Shown: one piece after another, positions 9,601 to 16,704 of the stretch
How positions within the stretch are numbered: position 1 is the stretch's first letter
Layout: every line of letters begins with the position of its first letter
Assembly: GCA_963999385.1 (NCBI GenBank)
Contig: CAXEUS010000233.1
Coordinates: 1 to 35,770 of the forward strand
DNA from: an uncultured Candidatus Poseidoniales archaeon
Lineage (GTDB): Archaea > Thermoplasmatota > Poseidoniia > Poseidoniales > Thalassarchaeaceae
Direction: 5' to 3'
DNA: 35,770 nucleotides
Made by a program: the position numbers and the translations under genes
The notes under the pieces: model-generated
Seen by the model: only the letters and a program-made list of their open reading frames with translations
What the model was told of the DNA's origin: nothing
Databases searched by the model: none

Positions 9601-10063
9601 CGTCGCATTCGGGATTGGTCAGAACAGTCAGATTTCCTTTCACCACTTCAGCGGCGCCATAGACCTGAATGTTTCCTTGGTAGAAGACGATATCATCGTT
9701 GCCGTCTCCATCGATATCACCTACCTCGACATTGGTCGCATCGGCCATGTCCATCCAATCCTGACGCCGGGAAGCATTGTTCGATACCCAGATGTCAGAG
9801 CGTTCCTGATAGGTTCCGCCATCGTTCCACAAGATCGACAGGAAGTTACCCATGTCGCTTGCCGTTACGATGTCCTCATCGCCGTCACAATCGAAGTCGC
9901 CAGTGGCGAGGTCGGTAGGGTCACGAGCGACCGGATAGTGCTTCGCGTTACTGGCAGACACATCTACTGCGCCCACCATTACCGAGAGTACCATCAAGCC
10001 GACCAGCAGCAGGCTGCGGCGGCGCACATTACTCAGATTCAATTCAGTTGCATGATTCATCAT
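3671..10063 (-). CDS. Giant (2130 aa) type-I membrane-anchored surface protein. Order: FG-GAP/VCBS propeller, CARDB/Ig-like and MAM-like jelly-roll modules, GATase1-like module, C-terminal TM helix, 53-aa tail.
   Basis: Signal-like N-terminus: RRRSLLLVGLMVLSVMVGAVDVSA. Repeated FG-GAP calcium-loop motifs: DFDCDGDEDIV, GDIDGDGNDDIV, ADLNGDGVDDIV, ADINQDGEMDFVV. CARDB-like strands: NVNVTVSNTGLDVISGSLTV. There are two jelly-roll modules ending IDIRFRFRS..GMAIDNISITK and VTLTFRFQT..GFAVDNITVQE. N-x-S/T sequons are numerous. The C-terminal TM helix MMLYAGIAALALLIVVLATLFML is followed by RMRK and a tail. Confidence 0.9.
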   Translation of the reverse strand: MMNHATELNLSNVRRRSLLLVGLMVLSVMVGAVDVSASNAKHYPVARDPTDLATGDFDCDGDEDIVTASDMGNFLSILWNDGGTYQERSDIWVSNNASRRQDWMDMADATNVEVGDIDGDGNDDIVFYQGNIQVYGAAEVVKGNLTVLTNPECDGAFVEDAVHTMGDIVWQFQIADLNGDGVDDIVGVDLESIASGQQRLMTFLGGSNRNNAATNHKVTQLDNFANRVYGDLRLGDWGESVSSLPGTQDCVDFDAWMLVWPGYNPATGWGAGDWDNISVIEFDCILNTFSAFNDPSKAHDFKVGVEYGDFDIADTDSPADGIIDMVAMTNASTVTYISCASAPCATQSGWATGPTVHIGDYYGASLKIADINQDGEMDFVVPTYLTVTSLTGASGNTVTSLNIENLDDLNTVQIMLSDGSGGYHSPQSMDVGRRPTMVLVGQFVGGSGSALDLAVGNRDYRFQFNNGAWWLDTKGCFPDRINSNLQGLGGCGSQDAVTIIQLDNEDVGISSMSASPASFNPDTLLMTLGEGDRNVNVTVSNTGLDVISGSLTVEASVKEVIGGTDTVVYSNDYDNTPISNCGAGCTWSTADYDGEGLYWHEESAANMTSNGEGYEADVNPTDYMWAGTMYANSSDNNNLESGYVSWQDEAIILHDVDLSGSDSAKLEVDLFCTSGYSTINYVYSNGAFAGMLIYDDSCNIDIYTDDGGWEPVLYEGGYDAVRFAELADSGYIEYTRRLIHVGGTNYSWSNFTDDSALDLTEWAGENIDIRFRFRSGFYGSVGLLNESRNTQFDGMAIDNISITKTVTQYGQEQTVQQNVNLNNFAPGDEQEVSLNAYFVNNTTYIIGGEITSTSGFVNEDDTNDLTRFKATVLNLYDPAIREITSFEKGQLYAAGQMPIDVIAEHAGNTLVDFDVEATIYQAQPNALFKNPCKELEDFEPSNCAYMFGDDGDNFGVVVDDTASTISNAIVPGNRPVFGSNAYWFGHPDDGYGDDWNESMTLQEIDLRNMAGDFAYLSFDYFAEADYLTDSEGDIVGINEFAGMEITWRKGAQSYDGLVYGSWNDYNENGIQGINQTCEDIDDDGTFDEVEFTGDHGWNVWFDSEGVVKSVTLDLTHLVIQNRSSPDSSSWRTECTTMEGAQVTLTFRFQTNSDGINGQSGFAGFAVDNITVQEYTFTLDTSYSASVTDLDAREEVNLTVGTHNFQQGIYRVDVMSHFDNVTAGNNWTNVAEVTLGNNLSRMIFEVASVDVTLLRPNVLDCVEDVSMPCAYPIDNAKTHQFELELINGVLEGDYNVFMQITDVGTGTAETPIASTNSPQTLAPHARSNATFQPYTGWLDGHTYNIQFYAELIDGTSSGNMRNFTITFYDNIDVAILSGTTDQNRLEKVKQDLDSMGMTYTQYRQGDWDTYFDDDWLSHYQKILLPWQTNANVIAGSYYQELGETGLQNTLENFMLAGGTVEMHVGPNAESDSDAGKLLYEMDILNRDTSGTQIEHDDLAIVDPYHPLLADVSPTAWLGMNNGDHVANAALSTATTGLNKLPNACSGGMINTQQGRFHSIIQHADDSTMTLLATCGIGSGGLIVTTIDVENPSVSEDFGSTAAPLRSNLLKFMVTPYPLGFGIAGAGWDMTINDEVPTEANGNGVYDFTYYMKSNTALSFGYNSTVSGLDADWHISGATDWERNLFTPNQDYAHRADENHSATFCRIDTQEASGCRQDATWTITLFLHDAEGHTRITTIELATNDILADSSPPVASVIVEEHPFYPDSLTDHGNKTVGAVDWPIHLAKLSSSNDVKVKFDACASQDPDAPDGESGITMYKWKVLFDYPWNAVSEANHEFERTSAMGCDWTYTFWNQTADPSGFNENTIRIELVVVDRAGRESAKNYMFFVVVPEDWGDEPPEVEISTPLDGSTQSGDYVYVNGSVLSGSENGDILVEVSLNPDVLNQTLADKFQQMNLGKYNSTNNLCDTSTATVDCVSTFSMGLKLEDLYTNESQVQTIWVKVVEGNGQNWVLWKRIDVNLVPVQDEDPCVADPDADGCSGTETQTGDEGGSLGNMMLYAGIAALALLIVVLATLFMLRMRKGGTADVEGFGGIEDMDPMEAYVQQLIAQGYPEETARQYAQQYATHFQQQ
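8654..9931 (-). other. FG-GAP/VCBS (integrin-alpha-like beta-propeller) repeat region of the 2130-aa protein, residues about 45-470
   Basis: At least five D-x-[DN]-x-D-G-x-x-D-[IF]-[IV] loops are spaced 50-70 aa apart. I checked coordinates against the DNA: GDIDGDGNDDIV is encoded at 9686-9721 on the minus strand. Confidence 0.7.
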
Positions 10064-10196
10064 ACGAGGCGCCGACTCTAGGTTCTCTTATTACTCCTTT
10101 CGTGCGCGTGTGCGTAGGAACCGTCAAAGATTGCGACGCAGTGTAACGTTTATTCAGTGAGCGAACTGTTCGCCGAGACCATTCAAAATAACATTC

Positions 10197-10865
10197 TCAG
10201 GGGGCATCCATCCAGGTAGGTTCGGGGCCATATCCCAACCGTTCTCCTCCGTGAATCTTAACCAGCCTTCCGAGCCGATGCTGAGCCTCAAGCCAGCTCT
10301 CTAGAACACCCTCATCCATCTCGATTCGATCACCGATAGCCTCGAAGACGACCTCTACAGGAAGTCCCATCACTCCAAAACGACGCACTGCGATACGAAA
10401 CAGTTCCCGAAGCCACCCCTCAGCCAGCGGCTCGCTGCTGGTGAATCCCTCCGGAGGCTTCGGAGCCTCGTCATAATCGTCGAGAATCTCCGCCAGTTCG
10501 TCTCCTGTCGGTGAACTTGGTTCATGGAATCCGAGTTTACGAATCTCCTCATCCAGATTTACGCCACCGATTGTTCTTCGGCGCTCTGGAAGCAGTGAAG
10601 GGTCAGGAGGTGGCCCGACGAGTTCGGGCTTCTTTGACTCTTTCTGGGGCTCTTGGCTAGTAGCGCTCGTGCCAGCGTCAGTTCGTTCGGAACCATCCGC
10701 TTGCAACGGTTGCAACCATCCTACATCTTCGAGGCCAAGTTCCTGCCGCCAATGCTCCACCCATTCAGTATCACCCTCCAACAGCACTTCGACATCATCA
10801 TCCATATCGCGAAAGCGATAGCGAACCGGTCCGGAGATTGATGCCATCAGTGGATTTCCTCCCAT
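10197..10865 (-). CDS. Small acidic soluble protein of unknown function embedded in the giant-protein array (222 aa, or 216 aa from ATG 10847)
   Basis: There is no signal peptide or TM helix. The N-terminal roughly 45-aa domain (VRYRFRDMDDDVEVLLEGDTEWVEHWRQELGL) is followed by a P/E/S-rich linker. A C-terminal roughly 80-aa helical region looks winged-helix-like: WLRELFRIAVRRFG, PVEVVFEAIGDRI, LESWLEAQHRLGRLVKIHGGERLGYG. GGAGG lies 10 nt upstream of the second ATG (10847), which may be the true start. Confidence 0.7.
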   Translation of the reverse strand: MGGNPLMASISGPVRYRFRDMDDDVEVLLEGDTEWVEHWRQELGLEDVGWLQPLQADGSERTDAGTSATSQEPQKESKKPELVGPPPDPSLLPERRRTIGGVNLDEEIRKLGFHEPSSPTGDELAEILDDYDEAPKPPEGFTSSEPLAEGWLRELFRIAVRRFGVMGLPVEVVFEAIGDRIEMDEGVLESWLEAQHRLGRLVKIHGGERLGYGPEPTWMDAP

Positions 10866-10911
10866 TCAGTCCATGAACCAAACGACGGGCCATGCTGGGA
10901 TGTTATTGGTC

Positions 10912-13900
10912 TCACAGACGTGTGAATCCGCCTTCCTCATCCTTCAACCATTGCTTTCCGTCAGCATCGATGTAGGTGGTGGTGGAGCCGTCCTGGATGA
11001 ACTGACCTCCGGGGGGTAGACCGTGGCTTGAACTCACACTCTTCATCCCCTGTTCCAATGACTGCCCGCCCTCGTCAAATTCCGATTCAAGTGGGTTTGG
11101 TGGGTCAATACCGAACAACGATTGCTTGTGTTCGGGCTGGGCGTATGGATCCTGAGCATCCTTCCAGCGGTTGTATCCAACCAAGATGAGCAAACCTATC
11201 ACGATGAGCAGTAATGAGATCAACGCTACTTTCGCCGGGCCGGGAATACCGCTCGTACTCTCCAAGTCGGGCTCCTCTCCAAGCTCGATGTCGTCATCTG
11301 TGGTTTGGTCAGTGTATGGCTTGAAGACAGGGTCAGCGAGGTACAAGCGGTACTCAACAGGGCCGTGTACCGATTCAGTGGAATTTCCGGTCCAATGGTT
11401 GGAGGGAAGCACCCTGACAATCTCGAAGATAAGGGCATGGATACCGCTGTGGGACGAGTTCTCCTCGGCATAGCATTCGAACCGAATACTGTCTGATGCT
11501 ACGACCTCGACGGGCTCGTAAGGTCCACAGTTGAACGGGGATTTGGAATCAGATGGTCCGCCTAGGAACTGGAGTGTGCCGTTGATTTCACCGATGTTGG
11601 TCACCACGCACTCCTGCGTGTGCGATGTCACCGAGATACTACCCATCCTGCCGAACCGCGACATACCATCGATACTCGTGGTGTGTTCGGAAGACTCGCA
11701 CTGGGTGGACCATTCCGGGCGTGCAGGTTCAATGATGCTGAACTCGGAGGTTGCCGTCCTGATTGGGACGTTCCAGTCCTGAGTTCTTACTGTGGCCACG
11801 ACCCGATGCTGCCCGAACCCGAACTGCTCCCAATCCCCGTACCACTCTAGAATACCATCTGTGGCTGCTGTGTGCACCAGTTCACCATCCACCTCGATTT
11901 CCAACTGTACCGTGCAGCCAATCGCACAACCGGTGTCGACGCGGAAGAGTACTGGACGCGGCTCGAGTATGGCGGAATCAGTCGGATGAATTATCTCCAC
12001 ACTCAGGATGTCAGAATCCGCTTCCAGGTACATGGTTGCATCAGCCCCTGGGGCGAGATCAGAGGCGGTGTTGTTCGCCCCGTCTACGACATGCAATTCG
12101 AGGTCGTGATTTCCGGGGTGCAACCCTGAGATATCGTACTGAACGCTAGCGTTCTGCACGACTGTGCGAGTGCCCAACCAACCCTGAATCTCGTGCAAGA
12201 AGAGGTCGGCTAGGTAAGCGTGACCGAGGTCGTTAGGGTGATTGCCGTCGGAGGTAAACCATTCAGGGTGTTCCGCGTTACTGTCTATGATTGGAACGAT
12301 GGTGACATTTGGACGTGTACTGACTATGTCTCTCAGAATCTTATTCTTCTCGCTGATTGCTTCAAACTCGTAGAAGGAGTAGCACCCCCCAGGTCCAGAG
12401 CCGATGTGGCAGATATATTCAGGGTCGATTCGTAATGCTCCGAAGAATACGTGTGCACCGGTGGAGGTGATGTCGTCGAGCAACTGTGGGTAGTTGCTGT
12501 TCCATACTGCAGTAGAGGAGGAGGAATAGTCGGCGAACGGTAGAATCGTGACTATGTCCGGATTCGATGAACTAATCTCGCTCCATTTGCCGCGGAAGTC
12601 CTGAACTCGTCCACCATCCTGTGAGAGATTACTCAATCTGACTGATTCGAACTTCTGCCCCAATGAACTGTTGATGATACCCACCATGCTGTGGTTACCA
12701 TCGCTGGCCCCCTCCCCGGCTGCTGTGGATGATCCCAGAGCCACGTAGGAAAGAACTGGAGAAATCTCCATCTGTTCGGTCAGCGGCAGAGGGATAGGGC
12801 CTCCATCGTCGACAGTGAACGAACCATTCGTAGAATCGCTCGCCTGCTGTATCCAACTGGCATTGATACGCCAACCATCTGCTGCAATTCCCTGCTGCTG
12901 CACGCTGAACGATATCTCGGTCGGATTGGTCTGGTCAACGACTGTTATCTGGAATACGAACGGGCGTGTCTCAACCGGATTCCAGTAGTACCAACTGCGC
13001 TCGTTGCGGTTCGGGTCGATAGCAATGTACTCCACGTTTAGGAAGCCGAAATCACTCGCCCACGGTACGAACGAACCGCGATACTCCTTGGTGTCAGCAT
13101 CCCAAGGCAAGAACACCTCGAACGGGTCTGAATTGTTGCTGGCGTTGAACATCAGAGCACGCACATACAAGTCGGTGCGACCTAATTCAGCCTCGGTGTG
13201 CAGCGTGACGATGTCACCCGGTTCCACCTGACAAACGTTAGCGCTGGTGACAACAATGCAGCCGCTGGTGGTAGATCCAATCAACTCTGGATAGACCGGG
13301 CGGAGCACGAACAAGTCGTACCAGTTGCCTACACCCACTGGGTGACGCTGATTCCCAACCGCGTCCTCCATCCAGATCCAAAGCGCCATCGAATCGCCGT
13401 ATTCCACCGAGAACACCGAGGTGTCGTAGACTGCGGTGTAGGCGTTGTGGAGAGTATCCCAAGTCATGTTTCCAAGAGATGCAGGTGGCCAACTACTGAT
13501 CGTCGAAAGCCCTTCGACGTGCCAGTTCATCAACAGGTTCGACTCGTTATTCAGTACGCGCACACGCATCTCAACCATGTCCCCGACCCGTGCTGAGGTG
13601 ACCTCAGTGCCGGCAATCACGAATGTGACGTCGACCACCGACGGCGCGATGTCATCGATGTAGGTGATGTTCAGATTGGACAATGTGATTGCATGCTCAT
13701 CTAGAGCATCCCCCGACGCAGTGAGCGGGAACGACGGGAAATCTGCGCTCGGCCAACCACCAGATGTGGAAATTGCATGTGCGGTCATGGCGTTGACCAG
13801 ACTACTGTTGGTGCCGATTCGCTGTGTCAACTGGTACGGAATAGCCACCTGCTCAATCAAGAAGTAAGACCCATACGGTACTGCACTAGCCGAACGGACA

Positions 13901-16689
13901 TTGAGATGACCCCAATCGACGCCCGTCGATGAGGAGTATGTCCCTTGAGAGGGCCAGCTGTTCTGCAGCAGACCCTTGGGGATGTTGATGGTGAGGCCAT
14001 AGTTCGGAATCTCCGAACTGTTGATCACCATAATCGTCACACCGCCCAGTGACACCGTCACATTACCGGCGCCCCAGAACAATGGCGGGGGGAGGTGCAG
14101 CCATCCATCGGCGATTGGCTTCGCATCGACTGGTACCCACAGGCGCGACTCAGTGTAACCCAACTGAGCATAGTCAGATCCGTTTTCTCCAAGCCCGAGC
14201 GAGCCTGCGAAATGCATCACTGGATTGGCTCCTGGTGTGTTGGAGAGGTCAAGTGAAAGGTCGTGCACAGTCTCCCAGTGGTAATTGCTGCTGTTGAAGG
14301 AGATGATACGCGGCGTCGTGTTGTTATCGAGCGATGATAAGTTGAGTTGTAGCTGCATCCAAGTGAACAACGGCACATCTGTTCCGGACAAGTTCACAGG
14401 GCTCCAATCCGACCAGGTACGGTTGTCTACCGTCCAACGCATCGAGCCGTTGACCGACGTGTTAGCAGGGATGTTTGCGGCCAGACTGAAGTGCGTCCCA
14501 ATGTGCACTACATCCTCCTCACCGATAAGTGGACTTACCCAAGTTCCGTTGAGCGCATACGTCGGCGTGCCTCCCCAACCTGCGAAAGCTCCGGTGAAGG
14601 CAAAGCCAGCGTTGCCATTGTCTCCCGCCACACCAAAGGAACCGCTTCCGTAAGGCCAACCAAGTGCGCCGCCGGTCCCGCCATCGGCATGGTAGACACC
14701 ATTGTTGGTGAGTCCATTGGCAGCAAAAGCCACCAAGAGACGGCCTCCAGAACCTCCGCCGCCTCCATCACCACCGTCGTATGCTCCCGCTCCCGGACCG
14801 TTCTGAGCGCCGTTGGCTCCATCTCCGCCGTCGCCGCCATCAGCGGAGAGCAATGCGTTGAATCCAATCTCGACCGTGTTCGCCATCACCGTGATTGAGC
14901 CGCCGCTGCCACCACCCGCGCCGCTTCCACCGGGCCCGGAGCCCGTCTGTGGGCGCTGGCCATCATCTCCTTGACTACCGTCAGCGGAGACTGTTCCATT
15001 GATGACGATGGTGCGAGCAATCAACTCGATGACTCCGCCACCTAATCCTCCAAGGGCGTCAACAGAAGTCTGATTGTTGATGATAGAGGTGACATTTCCA
15101 CCACTCGAGCCGGGCTCAGAGCCGTTACCATAGAGACTCCCACCAGAACCACCGGTCGGGCCGCCCCCGTCCCCACCGGTGTCGCCATGTCCACCACCCC
15201 CGGCACCATCGCTGCTGCTGTTGGCACCTTGGATGGTCGAACCGCCTTTTCCGTAGCCTCCAGAAACGACACCGTCAGAGATGATTGAGGCGCCTTGCTC
15301 GATGACAATCATGTTGGCGCTGATGCGTAGCGGTCCGGTGGCGCTGATCGAGCCACAGGTCTGACCCTGGCAACTGATTCGGAGCGTGTCGTAGGAGTAG
15401 TTGCCACCCATCTGCACAGGTTGGACAATGTTGCGATTGACAAGGCCTGCACCGGGAACCATGCTGCCGCCCGAGGTGTTCAAACGCAGATGACCGAAGA
15501 CATCGATAGTCGTGCCATTGAAGGCCGAACCCTGAGAGAATAACAGCATCGAATTAGAGTCGTTGTCCCACTTCTGGTAGGCGCCGGCGGTCACGTCGAG
15601 TTCAGCCGAATCGGCTCGGGATCCGGGGCGATGCGGCAGCGTTGTTGATTCGTCAAGGGCGGGGTGGAGAATGACTGAGCCGTTACCGTTACCAAAAGTG
15701 GTCACTGTATTCGTATTCCGCATCCAAGGGTAGTACACATTGGGAGTATTGTTGAACACCGTCATCGCTGCTGCTTGCTGCAACTCCAGTGTTCTGGTGG
15801 CATTCAACCCACCAGGGCCAATCAGTCCAACAGGGTCATCGCCAGTGAGTGTAGCGTAGACAACACAGGTTGCAAGGTAACTTCCTGAGAGTGAAGGATG
15901 GCTTCCATCGGATGTGTAGAGGTCGTGGAACAGCGTTCCCGAATCCTCCGGGGTGCCACCTTGAGCGACAATTCCGTCGTAGATGTGCTTGAATGCGAGG
16001 CCGGCTGGGGCTATCCAAGCGGGACGACCTGGTGTCGATACATTCTCCGCGTAGAGCCGGTACCCCGAATCCAGGTGAGCCTGCATCGTCAGGTAGTCTG
16101 GGCTGCGCCACTGATTCTGTGAATCTCCGTCGCGTCTTCCCCATGTCATCAGGAATACTGTTTCAGCACCTTGAGCCTCAATCATGCCATCGAGGACGAT
16201 AGCGCCGTCCTTGCTATCCTGCCAGTACTGGCTTGAAGTGGGCGGGAAACTCGGTACCTGACTCTGGTCCTGAAGGATGACCCAATCCCAGTTCCCGTTG
16301 TTCAGCGTGGTGTTCCACTGATGACCAGCAGTCTGAGCACGGGTTGCGTGTTGGTCGAGTCTGAGTCCACCAGCCGCGAGTCTGTCCGCGTTTGTGCTTG
16401 GACTGTTCTGCTGCAGGGCGCTCTCAACCAATCCATCGAGGTTGTTGCTCTGAGTGTAGGAATTCCCCATGAAGAGAACATCCAATCCTTGCTGACCAGA
16501 ATTCATGGATTGGTCTTCATCTGCCAAAGTTGGATTCGGGGGCGCATCAAATGGTTGCACGAAGCAGATGGCAGTCGTGCTGAACAACATCAGAGCAGCG
16601 AGAATGAATGCATTGCCTCGCATGCGCTGGGCCATAAGGCCCAGCGCTACCCCGCCATTGATACCGATTCCGGCTCCCTGTTGAGTCAT
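10912..16689 (-). CDS. Giant (1925 aa) type-I anchored surface protein. Order: SGNH/DUF4886-like esterase, Gly-rich beta-helix-like module, stalk paralogous to the upstream gene, second SGNH/GDSL esterase, Ig-like modules, TM helix, 86-aa tail.
   Basis: Signal-like MRGNAFILAALMLFSTTAICFV. The C-terminal TM helix VALISLLLIVIGLLILVGY is followed by a tail ending LPPGGQFIQDGSTTTYIDADGKQWLKDEEGGFTRL. Domain evidence is given in the sub-features. The start could be ATG 16689 or the internal MAQRMRG. Confidence 0.9.
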   Translation of the reverse strand: MTQQGAGIGINGGVALGLMAQRMRGNAFILAALMLFSTTAICFVQPFDAPPNPTLADEDQSMNSGQQGLDVLFMGNSYTQSNNLDGLVESALQQNSPSTNADRLAAGGLRLDQHATRAQTAGHQWNTTLNNGNWDWVILQDQSQVPSFPPTSSQYWQDSKDGAIVLDGMIEAQGAETVFLMTWGRRDGDSQNQWRSPDYLTMQAHLDSGYRLYAENVSTPGRPAWIAPAGLAFKHIYDGIVAQGGTPEDSGTLFHDLYTSDGSHPSLSGSYLATCVVYATLTGDDPVGLIGPGGLNATRTLELQQAAAMTVFNNTPNVYYPWMRNTNTVTTFGNGNGSVILHPALDESTTLPHRPGSRADSAELDVTAGAYQKWDNDSNSMLLFSQGSAFNGTTIDVFGHLRLNTSGGSMVPGAGLVNRNIVQPVQMGGNYSYDTLRISCQGQTCGSISATGPLRISANMIVIEQGASIISDGVVSGGYGKGGSTIQGANSSSDGAGGGGHGDTGGDGGGPTGGSGGSLYGNGSEPGSSGGNVTSIINNQTSVDALGGLGGGVIELIARTIVINGTVSADGSQGDDGQRPQTGSGPGGSGAGGGSGGSITVMANTVEIGFNALLSADGGDGGDGANGAQNGPGAGAYDGGDGGGGGSGGRLLVAFAANGLTNNGVYHADGGTGGALGWPYGSGSFGVAGDNGNAGFAFTGAFAGWGGTPTYALNGTWVSPLIGEEDVVHIGTHFSLAANIPANTSVNGSMRWTVDNRTWSDWSPVNLSGTDVPLFTWMQLQLNLSSLDNNTTPRIISFNSSNYHWETVHDLSLDLSNTPGANPVMHFAGSLGLGENGSDYAQLGYTESRLWVPVDAKPIADGWLHLPPPLFWGAGNVTVSLGGVTIMVINSSEIPNYGLTINIPKGLLQNSWPSQGTYSSSTGVDWGHLNVRSASAVPYGSYFLIEQVAIPYQLTQRIGTNSSLVNAMTAHAISTSGGWPSADFPSFPLTASGDALDEHAITLSNLNITYIDDIAPSVVDVTFVIAGTEVTSARVGDMVEMRVRVLNNESNLLMNWHVEGLSTISSWPPASLGNMTWDTLHNAYTAVYDTSVFSVEYGDSMALWIWMEDAVGNQRHPVGVGNWYDLFVLRPVYPELIGSTTSGCIVVTSANVCQVEPGDIVTLHTEAELGRTDLYVRALMFNASNNSDPFEVFLPWDADTKEYRGSFVPWASDFGFLNVEYIAIDPNRNERSWYYWNPVETRPFVFQITVVDQTNPTEISFSVQQQGIAADGWRINASWIQQASDSTNGSFTVDDGGPIPLPLTEQMEISPVLSYVALGSSTAAGEGASDGNHSMVGIINSSLGQKFESVRLSNLSQDGGRVQDFRGKWSEISSSNPDIVTILPFADYSSSSTAVWNSNYPQLLDDITSTGAHVFFGALRIDPEYICHIGSGPGGCYSFYEFEAISEKNKILRDIVSTRPNVTIVPIIDSNAEHPEWFTSDGNHPNDLGHAYLADLFLHEIQGWLGTRTVVQNASVQYDISGLHPGNHDLELHVVDGANNTASDLAPGADATMYLEADSDILSVEIIHPTDSAILEPRPVLFRVDTGCAIGCTVQLEIEVDGELVHTAATDGILEWYGDWEQFGFGQHRVVATVRTQDWNVPIRTATSEFSIIEPARPEWSTQCESSEHTTSIDGMSRFGRMGSISVTSHTQECVVTNIGEINGTLQFLGGPSDSKSPFNCGPYEPVEVVASDSIRFECYAEENSSHSGIHALIFEIVRVLPSNHWTGNSTESVHGPVEYRLYLADPVFKPYTDQTTDDDIELGEEPDLESTSGIPGPAKVALISLLLIVIGLLILVGYNRWKDAQDPYAQPEHKQSLFGIDPPNPLESEFDEGGQSLEQGMKSVSSSHGLPPGGQFIQDGSTTTYIDADGKQWLKDEEGGFTRL
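12175..12753 (-). other. SGNH/GDSL-hydrolase domain 2 of the 1925-aa protein, residues about 1313-1505
   Basis: Block I is YVALGSSTAAGEG (encoded around 12715-12747). The block II-like segment is LSQDGGRV. Block V is FTSDGNHPNDLGHAYLADLF (D-x-x-H). Confidence 0.6.
14560..15372 (-). other. Glycine-rich, beta-helix-like module (unassigned family) of the 1925-aa protein, residues about 440-710
   Basis: Rungs recur in the pattern hydrophobic-x-hydrophobic-x-G-x-[IV]-x-[AS]-DG, followed by G-rich turns. Examples: ISANMIVIEQGASIISDG, GGGVIELIARTIVINGTVSADG, GGGSGGSITVMANTVEIGFNALLSADGGDGGDG, GGGGGSGGRLLVAFAANGL. The module is collinear with residues about 115-416 of the next gene. Confidence 0.5.
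15820..16488 (-). other. SGNH-hydrolase domain 1 (DUF4886-like) of the 1925-aa protein, residues about 68-290
   Basis: Block I is VLFMGNSYTQ (Ser nucleophile, encoded at 16453-16482). Other blocks are DWVILQDQSQ and TVFLMTWGRR. Block V is DGSHPSLSGSYLATCVVYATLTG (Asp/His). The pattern matches my memory of DUF4886/SGNH family proteins. Confidence 0.7.
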
Positions 16690-16704
16690 CTAAAACGATG
16701 GAAA

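Noticed and set aside
8792-10081. A 429-aa plus-strand ORF lies antisense to the FG-GAP region of the 2130-aa gene. Similar long antisense ORFs occur at 4328..4819, 5495..5887, 13198..13596 and 14491..14898.
   Set aside because: The translations are compositionally odd (V/G/D/R-rich mirror images of the sense protein) and carry no recognisable motifs. They lie entirely inside strongly supported genes. Long antisense ORFs of this kind are expected in GC-rich coding DNA.
14560-15372. Runs of ccgcc/ccacc/gccgcc triplets occur on the plus strand, here and at 19850..19890 and 20520..20580. They might have been a DNA tandem repeat or a CRISPR-like array.
   Set aside because: They are the antisense of Gly codons in the glycine-rich protein modules. 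They show no fixed repeat unit or spacer structure, and the reading frame is maintained throughout.
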